Notes: a model not told the origin generated them from the sequence alone. 64,000 nt of DNA from an uncultured virus (IMG/VR IMGVR_UViG_3300008111_000114) (IMGVR_UViG_3300008111_000114); one strand, 5' to 3'; shown: positions 40,893 through 51,137, counted from the stretch's first letter. Program-made: numbers and translations.

Positions 40893-40969
40893 GGTTCCAT
40901 AGCTCAATTGGTTAGAGCACCACTCTGTCGAAGTGGGGGTTACGAGTTCAAGTCTCGTTGGGATCGCCA
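40893..40969 (+). tRNA. tRNA-Asp, anticodon GTC
   Basis: Anticodon arm CCACT-CTGTCGA-AGTGG, encoded CCA. Confidence 0.9.
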
Positions 40970-41020
40970 GGGAGGTCAAGAGTTCCACCACCACACCGCT
41001 CTTGACTTCCCCCTCTTTTA
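40970..41020 (+). terminator. Hairpin/terminator after tRNA-Asp
   Basis: GGGAGGTCAAGAG...CTCTTGACTTCCC followed by CTCTTTT. Confidence 0.6.
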
Positions 41021-41061
41021 TAGTCTATACTTAATATATACCTACTAGAGAAAGATATAGA

Positions 41062-41547
41062 ATGCAAACATTCTTGCCGTATTCAGACTACGAAGCATCA
41101 GCACAAACTCTTGATAATAAGAGATTAAATAAACAAATACTAGAAGGCTACCAGATACTTAAGGTGCTTTCAGGCGCATCTCCATCTGGAGCATGGCGTA
41201 ATCATCCAGCAGTTCTTATGTGGGAACGATCTGAGGTAGAACTTCACCGATACATACAGCATATGATTTATGAAGCTAACTGGCGGGGTATCAAGACAGA
41301 CAAGAATGCTAGTAACATTAGGAATCTAAAGCGTGAGCATGGTCACAAGTGGGGTAATGAGATTCCATTTTGGCAAGAGAGCGAAGTTACTCTCATGTGT
41401 ATTGTAACAACACATAAAGTTAATCTATTTAAAAAAGATCCTCTTTATTATGCTAAGTTCCAACCAGAACTTTACAGTCCATACAACGTTACTTGCTGTG
41501 ACAAATGCCAATACTACTGGGCTACACACCCACTAAGGAATAAGTAA
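41062..41547 (+). CDS. Pyrimidine-dimer DNA glycosylase (endonuclease V-like)
   Basis: MQTFLPY...SA..LD.KRL.KQ..E..QIL...W.NHPAV.MW motif. Confidence 0.85.
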   Translation: MQTFLPYSDYEASAQTLDNKRLNKQILEGYQILKVLSGASPSGAWRNHPAVLMWERSEVELHRYIQHMIYEANWRGIKTDKNASNIRNLKREHGHKWGNEIPFWQESEVTLMCIVTTHKVNLFKKDPLYYAKFQPELYSPYNVTCCDKCQYYWATHPLRNK

Positions 41548-41774
41548 TGCAAGAAATTAAATTAACAACAGAGCAGGCAGAACAACTACAAGCCTTTGTT
41601 ACTGATCATAGGAACGCATGCTATATGCATTTATATGATGAAGAAGATGTAAGAGAAGGCTGGGAGCCATATGATTTGTATGATGGTTGTGACGTGTGTG
41701 ATACACGAGAGCAACTTATGGCAACATTTGATTGGCTTAAGTCTAACGGATTAGTTGATGTTTATGTTGAATAA
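41547..41774 (+). CDS. Hypothetical protein
   Basis: 75-aa ORF with H...C and CxxC. Confidence 0.5.
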   Translation: MQEIKLTTEQAEQLQAFVTDHRNACYMHLYDEEDVREGWEPYDLYDGCDVCDTREQLMATFDWLKSNGLVDVYVE

Positions 41775-41775
41775 T

Positions 41776-41849
41776 GCCTTTGTAGCTCAGTCGGATAGAG
41801 CAGGGGACTTCTAAGCCCAAGGTCGCAGGTTCGATTCCTGCCAAAGGCG
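41776..41849 (+). tRNA. tRNA-Arg, anticodon TCT
   Basis: Acceptor GCCTTTG/CAAAGGC, loop CTTCTAA; anticodon stem has two mismatches. Confidence 0.8.
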
Positions 41850-41853
41850 CAAT

Positions 41854-41927
41854 GCGGGTGTTGCATAATGGTAGTGCCTCTGCCTTCCAAGCAGATAGTG
41901 CCAGTTCGATTCTGGTCACCCGCTCCA
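41854..41927 (+). tRNA. tRNA-Gly, anticodon TCC
   Basis: Acceptor GCGGGTG/CACCCGC, arm TCTGC-CTTCCAA-GCAGA, encoded CCA. Confidence 0.92.
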
Positions 41928-41928
41928 A

Positions 41929-42000
41929 GGCTCCATCGTCTATCGGTTAGGACTCCAGATTTTCAATCTGGCAAGACGGGTTCGATTCCCGTTGGGGCTA
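41929..42000 (+). tRNA. tRNA-Glu, anticodon TTC
   Basis: Arm CCAGA-TTTTCAA-TCTGG, T-arm ACGGG-TTCGATT-CCCGT. Confidence 0.9.
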
Positions 42001-42001
42001 C

Positions 42002-42073
42002 GCCTCCCTAGCTCAGTGGTAGAGCATCCGCCTTGTAAGCGGAAGGTCGTCAGTTCAATCCTGACGGGGGGCT
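42002..42073 (+). tRNA. tRNA-Thr, anticodon TGT
   Basis: Arm TCCGC-CTTGTAA-GCGGA, acceptor GCCTCCC/GGGGGGC. Confidence 0.92.
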
Positions 42074-42100
42074 CGCAGTAAAACAAATAAAGGAGATATA

Positions 42101-42421
42101 GTGGAAGAAGAAGATATGCAGAAAGAAGAAGAGGCTTACTTTGCCTACCTTCTTGATGTGGGTGCTATTGAAATTCAGGGTGTGGCTCCAAGCGGAGAAT
42201 TAATGTTTAGGCCAAATCCAGAAAAGATGAAAGAGTATGCACCAGAAATGTATGACATGATGCAGTCTGAGATCGAAGAAGGCCTACTAGAGCTTTACAA
42301 AGAGGGCTTGGTTGAGATGGAATACGACGATAACCTTGAAGCTAAGTTCAGAATGACTGACAAGGCCAAGGAAGAAATGGCTAGGTTTGGGTTTTTTGCC
42401 CTAGACGAAGACCAGCAATAA
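42101..42421 (+). CDS. Hypothetical acidic protein
   Basis: 106 aa, GTG start, AAGGAG RBS. Confidence 0.55.
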   Translation: MEEEDMQKEEEAYFAYLLDVGAIEIQGVAPSGELMFRPNPEKMKEYAPEMYDMMQSEIEEGLLELYKEGLVEMEYDDNLEAKFRMTDKAKEEMARFGFFALDEDQQ

Positions 42422-42463
42422 TGGTATAATAATATATAGTAAATTTACTATAAGGAGAGAATA

Positions 42464-43168
42464 ATGGCAGAAGGACATACACCAACTAGTGGCATGAAAT
42501 CAGCAGCCCGTCGTGCTTTGCAATGGAAAAAAGAAGGCAAGCGGGGCGGCACAAGAGTTGGATTAACTCGTGCTAATCAGATCGTTAATGGTACTGCTCT
42601 AAGCGATAGTACTGTTATGCGTATGTATTCTTTCTTTAGTCGTCATGAAGTAGATAAGAAAGCTACTGGATTTAGCAGTGGCGAAGAAGGATTCCCTAGC
42701 CCAGGCCGTGTTGCTTGGGATCTATGGGGTGGAGACGCAGGGTTTTCCTGGTCTCGTCAAAAAGCAGCATCTATCAAGAATAAGAGGACAAATAAGATGA
42801 GTTCCATTTGGGATGGGGCGTTCCTAGGCACACTAGGAAAAGAACAAGTAGAGGCAGCTAACGCAGAAGCATTAGTTGATCTTGAAGAAGAAAACGACGA
42901 ACCACTAGAGCCAGAAATTGTAACAGAATCTTCTGCTCCCGCTGAAACTCCTGCACCAGTTGCAGAAACACCAGCAGAACCAGTGGTAGAAACTCCTGCA
43001 GAAAATGTTGTAACAGCAGAATCTGCAGCACCAGCACCAGCCGAAACAGTTGCACCAGCAGAAGAACCTGCTGCACCAGCAGAAGAACCTGCTGCACCAG
43101 CAGAAGAACCTGCTGCACCTGCAGAAGCTCCTGCTGAAGAAGCACCAGCTACAGAACAAACAGCATAG
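42464..43168 (+). CDS. Phage protein with conserved-looking N-terminal domain and Pro/Ala/Glu-rich disordered tail
   Basis: 'RMYSFFSRHEVDK...VAWDLWGGDAG' domain; tail includes APAEEPA repeats. Confidence 0.6.
   Translation: MAEGHTPTSGMKSAARRALQWKKEGKRGGTRVGLTRANQIVNGTALSDSTVMRMYSFFSRHEVDKKATGFSSGEEGFPSPGRVAWDLWGGDAGFSWSRQKAASIKNKRTNKMSSIWDGAFLGTLGKEQVEAANAEALVDLEEENDEPLEPEIVTESSAPAETPAPVAETPAEPVVETPAENVVTAESAAPAPAETVAPAEEPAAPAEEPAAPAEEPAAPAEAPAEEAPATEQTA
43052..43135 (+). repeat. In-frame 21-bp tandem repeat (3 perfect + 1 degenerate)
   Basis: GCACCAGCAGAAGAACCTGCT units encoding APAEEPA. Confidence 0.9.
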
Positions 43169-43175
43169 GTGTTCA

Positions 43176-43550
43176 ATGAAGCTGTGGGTTACTGGATCCC
43201 AAGATTGGGATAACGATATGATATTGGCCAGAGCAATTACCTTAGCAATCCAAGAAATGTCAGAAGATGATAGTCAAATTCATTTCTTACATTTGGATCG
43301 TGAGGGCGCAGAGCAAATGGCTGGTTCTTATGTTGCTAAGACTAAAGCTTTCTTAACTGGAAAAGGATTTAAGGTATCTGAATTTATACCTAATAAGTCC
43401 GCAACTCTAGAAGAACGCATTCAGAAGGTCTTAGACCAGTCCCCAGACTTTATGCTTTTGTTCAACAAAGGCGCAGACTACAAGGCGGGTAAGATCCGTG
43501 AATCAGCACAATCAAATAAAATCAGAGTAATAGAGTACAAAAACGCTTGA
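43176..43550 (+). CDS. SLOG-like (DUF2493-type) protein, divergent
   Basis: 'MKLWVTGSQDW.N', 'H....GAE.MA', 'PD..L.F' pattern. Confidence 0.5.
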   Translation: MKLWVTGSQDWDNDMILARAITLAIQEMSEDDSQIHFLHLDREGAEQMAGSYVAKTKAFLTGKGFKVSEFIPNKSATLEERIQKVLDQSPDFMLLFNKGADYKAGKIRESAQSNKIRVIEYKNA

Positions 43551-43719
43551 CATATACCCTATAAATTTGATATTATATATATATGTTTAAGCAAATACTA
43601 GAGACATTAAAAGAGATATCCTCAACACTAAAGCAGATTGAGCGTTGTCTTAGATATATTGTAGGCTATATTGCTCAAATAGAAAAGTCCGAACAAACAA
43701 CTATGAGAAAGAACGGTTA

Positions 43720-43953
43720 ATGGCTGAATACAAATTCAGAATGTTAAATCTAAATCAGGCGGAAAAATTTGTTAGAACAACCCCGAATGCCTGGTGGGAA
43801 AATTACGATCTAATCGTATGGACTCCTACACACACAGGATGGTCGAAGAAAAATGGTAGATTTCATGATGGCCAATGGGGAACTGCAAAGCGAATCGTCG
43901 TAAACAACGACGGACTTTGGAAAGTACCTACCAGTGTCGGAAATATTAAATAA
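43720..43953 (+). CDS. Hypothetical Trp-rich protein
   Basis: 77-aa ORF. Confidence 0.5.
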   Translation: MAEYKFRMLNLNQAEKFVRTTPNAWWENYDLIVWTPTHTGWSKKNGRFHDGQWGTAKRIVVNNDGLWKVPTSVGNIK

Positions 43954-44257
43954 ACTAGGTTTAGATAAAAAGAACTTTAGATGGCAGGACCTTGCAGCTT
44001 GCAATGGAATGCCTACAGATTACTTCTTCGATAAGTACGAAGAAGATCCAATACATGCGTCAACCATTGACTCTATGTGTTTATCATGTCCAGTAATAAA
44101 GTATTGTCATCAAACTGGAATAGATGGTAACGAAGTAGGGGTATGGGGCGGAATATATTTAAATAGCGGTAAAGTAGACCGTGCTCGAAACATGCATAAG
44201 TCACAGGAGGACTGGAGACTTGTACTAGAAAAACTTGGGGTATATCGTGTTGTATAG
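43934..44257 (+). CDS. whiB: WhiB-family transcription factor
   Basis: W...AAC...FF...C..CPV...C......GVWGG. Confidence 0.85.
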   Translation: MSEILNKLGLDKKNFRWQDLAACNGMPTDYFFDKYEEDPIHASTIDSMCLSCPVIKYCHQTGIDGNEVGVWGGIYLNSGKVDRARNMHKSQEDWRLVLEKLGVYRVV

Positions 44258-44891
44258 CAAAGAAGTGCAGAAGGCTATAAGAGAGATTAAAACACCTTAC
44301 CCTAAACTCAAGGTTTCTGTTGTGGAATATCCAGGGATGCTCTCGTTGAGAATCTATGAATCAAACATAACAGAATTTAGTCCAATGGAACATATAACTA
44401 TCATGGAGTATTTACACACCATGAAGGCAGTAATAGAGTCATTTGGAATCAAATGCGATCTTGAAGGGGCGGAAGGAATATGAGCGACGGCGATTTTATA
44501 TATATCCATTCAGAGGGAATATATGGAGAGCTTGTATCCTATGGGGCACATGTCTCAAAGGTTAGATATATTAAAGACAAAACAATGTTCGAAACATATG
44601 TAGAGAACGATGATTTTGATATCGTAGAAGAAATAAGATACCCAGAGTTCTGGGAAGAAGAGGAAGAATAAATGCTTTGCTACTCTTGCGGTAAACAAAA
44701 GCACAGGCTGACACCAACAAAGTCTGCCTTATTTGATATTAATCTTATCATGTGTGATGCCTGCATTAACGAAAAGTTTGAGCCACGCTGGACAATTATT
44801 CTAGCGGGTAGACAATATGGGCCTGACAAGGTTAGAGATTATATAGTTAAACGTAAATATCACGGTAAAGATATTAGTGCTACAGAGATTA

Positions 44892-45236
44892 TTATTTAGA
44901 AAATTCTGATGTAATCTTATGAATTTCTTTGCGAAGCTTAACATTCTCCGCAAGAAGTTTGTCATTCTGTACTTTGAGTTCATGGATCTCACCCTGCAAA
45001 AGAAGGTTTTCTTCAACAAGTTTATCAATCTCACACTTTAGGAGTTCATTAGTGGATTTAATCTCATCCATTCCAGTACGTAATTCTTCCATAACACGAA
45101 GAAGAGTTTCAACGGTGGTGTTTGCAGCCTCCGAAATTACTCCTGTAACGTCAGCCTTCTGTTGGGGCTTAGTCAATAAATATGTGATAAAGCTTCCCAA
45201 TATACCCAGTAGGGCCACCGCAATCGTACTTTCCAT
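44892..45236 (-). CDS. Membrane-anchored coiled-coil protein
   Basis: N-terminal hydrophobic helix and long heptad repeat; has its own TATAAT and RBS. Confidence 0.6.
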   Translation of the reverse strand: MESTIAVALLGILGSFITYLLTKPQQKADVTGVISEAANTTVETLLRVMEELRTGMDEIKSTNELLKCEIDKLVEENLLLQGEIHELKVQNDKLLAENVKLRKEIHKITSEFSK

Positions 45237-45350
45237 ACCTAAAATGTCTCCTTATTTAATTGTAAATGGATTTATATCTAATTATAACAGGGTTGTTGAC
45301 CTGAAGAAAAATCTACGGTATTATAGATTGAGGGCGAAGGGGGCCAAAAT

Positions 45351-45887
45351 ATGACCTGCGTTGTGGGAGTAATTAGTAACGGAAAAGTGCACATGGCTTG
45401 TGACAGTGCTGCAAGCGATTCAGACATTGGATCAGTTCATAAGCGCAAAGATGCCAAAGTTTTCATGGTAGATGATTACATAATTGGTTTCTCTAACAGC
45501 TTTAGGATGGGTCAATTGCTTCAATATGACTTCTATCCACCAATTCCTAACAAAAGAAATCTAGAAAAGACAATGTGCATCGACTTTGTTGACGCAATTC
45601 AGAAGTGTCTTGTGAAGAATAATTTCATCATTGATAAAGATGATGACAACATCTCTGATTTGATCATCGGAGTTCACGGTAGATTATTTGTAATGGATAC
45701 TGACTTTAACATGGGTGAATACTACGATAAGTATTTTGCTATCGGAAGCGGATACCAATTTGCTCTTGGAAGCTTGCACTCAACCAAGCATATCAAGAAC
45801 CCACGTACACGCCTGACAAAGGCTCTTGAAGCCTCTGCAGAATACACAATGGGCGTAGAGCCACCGTTCCTTTATCTAAGCGAATGA
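45351..45887 (+). CDS. HslV/proteasome-beta-like Ntn hydrolase
   Basis: N-terminal M-T-C, D-S, K-V-F and 'AIGSG..FALGSL' motifs. Confidence 0.75.
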   Translation: MTCVVGVISNGKVHMACDSAASDSDIGSVHKRKDAKVFMVDDYIIGFSNSFRMGQLLQYDFYPPIPNKRNLEKTMCIDFVDAIQKCLVKNNFIIDKDDDNISDLIIGVHGRLFVMDTDFNMGEYYDKYFAIGSGYQFALGSLHSTKHIKNPRTRLTKALEASAEYTMGVEPPFLYLSE

Positions 45888-46218
45888 GAGATGATATAAC
45901 TAAGCATCTGACCAACATGTTGGGTGCAATAGAAGAATTACTAGCGGTATACAACCAGATACCAGAATCTAAGAAGTTAGAGATGGATACCAGACTAGAA
46001 GAAAAATTAAACAACCTGCAAAACATAATCAAATGGAGTAAAAATGGATAACGAAGACTTAAGTATTATCGCAGCGGAAGTGTCTAAAAAGCTATTCCAC
46101 ACCCTTTATAACGGTAAGGATATGGATCTTGTAGAGGCGGATACAAAGATGGCCTATTGTGCCTCAGTAACCGACTTTGTACTAAAGACGTTCAAAGAAG
46201 AGATAGAGAAGGCATTAA

Positions 46219-46503
46219 ATGAACAAGAATCAAATTGAAGAGTTAGTATCCAGTAACGAAAAGGTTTTGTTGCATTTTACAGCAGACTGGTGCCAGCCAT
46301 GTAAGCGTATGCAGCCAAACATAGAAGCATTTTTGCAGGAACAGCCTGACATCAAGTATGTAAAGATTGACGTAGATGATAACGGAACTCTAGCAATCGA
46401 CATGGATGTTAAGTCTGTGCCTACCCTTATGGCATATACAAACGGTGAAGTAAAGAAGAACATCGGCGCATTGCCACTACCAGAGATCAGAAAGTTGTTC
46501 TAA
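46219..46503 (+). CDS. trxA: Thioredoxin
   Basis: FTADWCQPCK, IDVD, V.SVPTL. Confidence 0.9.
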   Translation: MNKNQIEELVSSNEKVLLHFTADWCQPCKRMQPNIEAFLQEQPDIKYVKIDVDDNGTLAIDMDVKSVPTLMAYTNGEVKKNIGALPLPEIRKLF

Positions 46504-48024
46504 TGTCTGACATTCCATTGCCACCACCATTTGGGCTACCCAACATTGTGCTTGCTGCAGCGGAAGCACATCCAATCAACACAGAGTTTGACGAGCTTCT
46601 TGTAAACTTTCTGAGAAATTATTCAGAAGATCTTAATACCATGCCAGCAATTATGGAGTTGGGAAAGTCTAACAAAGCTATCTTACTTTTATGCAATCAA
46701 ATACTTAGCGACTATCCAGACACCGCAGAGTACGAATCTAGCCCAATGATGGTCACAGATGCCATGGGGCGGGAGAAGTTCTGGGAAGACGCTGGTAGAC
46801 CTAATGATTGAAAAGATCATCATATTCTACCTAATCTTGGCAGTATGGTGGAACACAAACCGCTGGATGACAGCAAACAAAATAATTAAAGATTTAAAGA
46901 ACCAGAGAGACAAATATAAGCAAGCTTGGACGGAGGGTAAGGATGTCATTGTTTGGGAAAAGACTGAAGAAGTTCGCAGTAGTAAGTAGCATACTTGCAG
47001 CATTTGGGGGAGCTATGTACTACGTCGTAATGTCTATTGCAGACGCATTCAAAGAAGTCGACTTCGATTTCTCAGAAGAAGAAGACGACGATTATCAAAT
47101 TTGACGAACTAGATAGGCGTACAGAGATATGCTTAGAGTGTCCATTATTCATGTTGAAGGATGGAAGGTGTAGACAATCTGGTGAATATCTAGTACAATA
47201 TATATATAACAGTTGTCCACTAGAGAAATGGTAGATATGGCTAGCAATAGAATAGTAGTATGCCCAACGTGCAAGCGTGACATAGAGGTTCGATCTGGAT
47301 TTGCACACATGACTTTAAATAATCATATAACAAAGGAGCACAAGTAATGGACGTTACATACCTACACCCATTGTGGTTGCTAGCAGGTTTTGCTGCTGGT
47401 TGGATTGTATGCTTCATTCAAATGAAATATGGCAAAAAGTAGAAAGCTAGCAAGCGGTGGAGAGGTTCCAGAGCTTGACGATGTTGTTGAATTAACTATT
47501 CATACAAAGGCTCCAGCTAAATGGGTGCTTATTGATATGGAGAATGGAAGAATGTACCAAGGCTCACAGAGGGGCATTGGCTATGGGAAATGGATATGGA
47601 TAAATGGACCTACAAGCAGCGGAGACGTCACATCTTCGGGATCCACGAGACCAGATAACCTACAAGAAAACTGATTGGCAGTGCCCTTGCAACGGCTGTA
47701 AAAAAGCGGCTAAGCGAGAGCGGGAAAGAATAGCAGACCTGTTACATAGCTCAGGCTATGAAGAGGCTGCATCATTTATTATGAAAGAGGAAAAATGAAG
47801 TTAAAAGTATTTGCAGGTAAATGGGATTCATGGGGCTTTGAAGTCTCATACTGCCATTGGTACAAGGGCTTGACTATAGGATTCATACATTGGTATGTAG
47901 GATTTGAAATCTGGACCAAGGAAGACATTGCAATTGCAGCCAAGCATGAAAAGACAATTGCAGATATCATTGCTGAAGTAAAGAATGATAGACCTAAGAA
48001 GAAAGCACCAGCTAAGAAAAAGAA

Positions 48025-48447
48025 ATGAGTTTTCAGTCAGAATCTAAAAAGTCTGGTGATGATTTTGAAGGGTTAGTCTTACAAGATCTAAATGACTTGG
48101 GATTCATTGATGTTGAAAAAAATGTTTTTATTCCAGGTGCTGGGATAGAAATAGATTTCTACGCAAACGAGCAATATGTTGAAGCGAAGGGAGGATATGA
48201 GGGAGACAAAAAACGGCCAGGGGCCAAGAGAACAGACAGTGTAAAGAAGGCTATAGCCAATGGTGCTCTGCTAAAAGCAGTAAAGCCAGAAGCTTATTAC
48301 ATAGTTTATTTCTCATCTAAGCCCAGACCTGGAGGATCTTCAGATCAAATGATTAGTACTGCTTTAAGTTCTAAGATCATAGATGAAGTAAGATATATAG
48401 AGGTCGAAAGTGAGCCGAATTATGATGATCAACTCCCTTTGTTTTAA
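48025..48447 (+). CDS. PD-(D/E)xK restriction-endonuclease-like protein
   Basis: 'G..FE......EIDF....YVEAKG' motif. Confidence 0.65.
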   Translation: MSFQSESKKSGDDFEGLVLQDLNDLGFIDVEKNVFIPGAGIEIDFYANEQYVEAKGGYEGDKKRPGAKRTDSVKKAIANGALLKAVKPEAYYIVYFSSKPRPGGSSDQMISTALSSKIIDEVRYIEVESEPNYDDQLPLF

Positions 48448-48786
48448 TGGATAAGTTTATATTTAAGTGTAAGTCTTGTAAGACCATCATGGTTATAGAG
48501 ACGGGATTGCCAGAAAAAGTACACATGGTTCCACCATGCCTATGCGGTAAATCTAGAATGGAATGGCTAGGGTCAGAAGAATACAAGTACGGCACACAAA
48601 AACCACAGGTCAACGACCTTATAGAAAGCCAGGAGTTTTTTGAAGAATGAGCCTAAAGGGTAGGTGCCACGATTGCTTAAAGCAGTTCCCACAGAACCTA
48701 ATGCAGATTGTGGCGGTAGAAGAAAAGATATTCTTTGTATGCGGTAAATGCTTCAAAGATTACGAAAACAGCAAAGGAGGAAAGAA

Positions 48787-49170
48787 ATGATATTTCACAA
48801 ACACCTATTGGTAAATGCCAAAGTGCATAACCCAATAAAGACTGAGCAAGAAGGCATCGACTTTCTTACCAATCTAGTCAATCAGATTGATATGAAGATT
48901 ATTAAGGGGCCTTTTGCAAGCTATGTGGATAAGGACGGAAACAAGGGTTTAACGGCTGTCGTCATGATAGAGACTAGCCATATTGCCTTCCATATCTGGG
49001 ATGAGGCAGACCCATCCTTGGTACAGTTCGATCTATACACATGCGGCAAGCTAGAACTGGATAAAGTTCTATCTATATTTAAAGAGACATTTAATGTCCA
49101 AACTCTAGAATTTGTTTTGTTCGATAGAGAAAACGGGTTCGTAGAAGAAGCTTCAGGAATAGAGTCGTAA
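48787..49170 (+). CDS. speD: S-adenosylmethionine decarboxylase proenzyme
   Basis: H.L.., GLTAVV.IETSHIA.H.W.E......DLYTCG. Confidence 0.85.
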   Translation: MIFHKHLLVNAKVHNPIKTEQEGIDFLTNLVNQIDMKIIKGPFASYVDKDGNKGLTAVVMIETSHIAFHIWDEADPSLVQFDLYTCGKLELDKVLSIFKETFNVQTLEFVLFDRENGFVEEASGIES

Positions 49171-49318
49171 TGTCACAAGATAACCTGTTCAAGATACAGG
49201 AGATGCCCAGATGGAAAGCCAATGTATTAAGAACGGTTGCATGGATAATAGGATTTAGGAAAGAATATCCATATGTCATTACACTTAATGTAGACTTAGA
49301 TAAAATAAGGGCCGAAAA

Positions 49319-49519
49319 GTGAACGCCGAACTAGAAGGTATCCCCACACCGATATGCCCGATGTGCGGCTCACAGCATTTTAAAATGGTCGTAATGTTCG
49401 ACCCAGAAACTTATGAAATCGCTGGATACGGGCTAAAAGAGTGTGAATGTTATTCTTGCGGGTGTAAGGTGACACCACCTACACCCCTTGATTTACCAGA
49501 AGATAGGAGGTTAATATGA
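49319..49519 (+). CDS. Small Zn-finger protein
   Basis: CP.CGS...C..CG...T.PTPLD. Confidence 0.55.
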   Translation: MNAELEGIPTPICPMCGSQHFKMVVMFDPETYEIAGYGLKECECYSCGCKVTPPTPLDLPEDRRLI

Positions 49520-50046
49520 AATCATTCTGGCAATCGCTAGATAAAAATAATGCCGCTGATGCAATTCTTACAGGATATAAGGGTGCATTTAAGGATATGC
49601 CAGTATATGCTGAGGTCCTAGATTTAGCCACAGGTGGCTCATACGCACTAGATTTTGGATGCGGGGTAGGCAGAAACACCCTAGCCCTATCTAAGAGATA
49701 CGATAAGGTTATAGGGTTTGATTTGCCCAATATGATCGAACTTGTGCCAGATGAGAATAAGGCTTCCAATATTACCTATAGCTCAGAATGGGCGGAGGTA
49801 AAAGAGATATCCTTTGATACAGTATTAGCTAGCCTAGTATTTCAACATATTCACGATGATGAACTGCATGAATATCTTAAGGATCTAAAGACTAATAAAC
49901 TTGTTTTACATAGTAGACTATGGATGGATGATACCAATACTCAGGTATTAGATATCGTCAATAAATACTTTAGCGTGGTATCGATAGATTATGTTAGGGA
50001 TCCTAACAATCCAATCGATGATCACTTTATAGGTATCTTTTCATGA
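49516..50046 (+). CDS. Class I SAM-dependent methyltransferase
   Basis: ALDFGCGVGR motif I, FD.V....VFQHI. Confidence 0.85.
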   Translation: MKSFWQSLDKNNAADAILTGYKGAFKDMPVYAEVLDLATGGSYALDFGCGVGRNTLALSKRYDKVIGFDLPNMIELVPDENKASNITYSSEWAEVKEISFDTVLASLVFQHIHDDELHEYLKDLKTNKLVLHSRLWMDDTNTQVLDIVNKYFSVVSIDYVRDPNNPIDDHFIGIFS

Positions 50047-50337
50047 TCGAGCTATTCTTTGCATGCTTATATGCCCTGTTTTTATTATATCTATGGAATA
50101 GAGAATCCAAGAAACCAATTGTGGATAACTCAGATCCTAGGGTCGTTCATATTATCTATCCCAAAGGTCGGCGGGTTAGCAAAGAGATGATGAATCCCCA
50201 TATAGGAGGATATAAACCTAAAGAACAAGAGGTAGGTTTTGCTACAGGCAAATGGTCAGATGATGATGACTACAAAGGTCCAATAACACCTTTTATAGGA
50301 CCAATAAGGTAAAAGCTTTTATTTCCCCCCGCTCCAC

Positions 50338-50414
50338 TTATCCACAATATTATGCACATCCTGTGGATAACTATGTGGATATCCTGTGGATAACTACTAT
50401 AAATCTGTGGATAA
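50338..50414. promoter_or_regulatory. Cluster of DnaA boxes followed by AT-rich tract (candidate origin or DnaA-titration locus)
   Basis: TTATCCACA 50338; TGTGGATAA 50362, 50385, 50406; one-mismatch boxes 50350, 50374. Confidence 0.75.
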
Positions 50415-50772
50415 CTATAGTATATACAGGGCAATATAGATTTAAACAGTGCTATATAGTATAAGATAAATTATATGGGTATTGGAACGACTATCATAAC
50501 CCGTTCGTAATGTCAATAGCTTTTATATAACAAATTTATAAAAATTGATCATAATATAATCAGGGCATATAATGCGTATACCAAATATGATCGATAATGT
50601 CAATATAATGCCAATATATTCTCATTATATGAGATTTATATGGCATAAATTTTGACCATATTCTGGGATATTTTAATGTATTTTAATCTTATTTTACATT
50701 ATTTTATAGTATTTTATATATATTATATGGATTATTCTGGGATTTTATGATATGCTTCGTAAAGGAGGTTAT

Positions 50773-50922
50773 ATGAGCAAGGATAATGTAGTTACTTCTG
50801 ATTCCGCCGCCCCGAAGCGGGGACCACAGAAGAATAATAAGTTTGGTAGAGATTTTAAAGGCGGGAAGTCTAAAGGATCTACTAATACTAGAAGAGTAAA
50901 TAAACCACAGAAGAAAGGATAA
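50773..50922 (+). CDS. Small Lys/Arg/Gly-rich peptide (49 aa)
   Basis: AAAGGAGG RBS, MSKDNVVTSDSAAPKRGPQKNNKFGRDFKGGKSKGSTNTRRVNKPQKKG. Confidence 0.5.
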   Translation: MSKDNVVTSDSAAPKRGPQKNNKFGRDFKGGKSKGSTNTRRVNKPQKKG

Positions 50923-51137
50923 TAAGCAGAATATAGCTCTTGACAGTTTCTGTCATATCTGCTAAACTTCTGCGATTTTTTGAGTATCGTCGTAATGTCT
51001 TATTAGATATTTAGAGATATGATTCTCAAAATATTCTGGCATTTTTTATAGATCTTCGTAATGGTAGATATTTTTATAAGTTTAGGGCCTTACGGGACAG
51101 TTTATCCTTCACATGTCCCAGGTGAGGTTAGCGTATG

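Noticed and set aside
41743..41928. 61-aa minus-strand ORF
   Set aside because: It is the antisense reading of tRNA-Arg and tRNA-Gly.
83..49769. Numerous minus-strand ORFs in the ORF track (e.g. 4811-5767, 8756-9271, 40206-40790, 42757-43176)
   Set aside because: They are antisense shadows of well-supported + strand genes, with no RBS or recognisable motifs.
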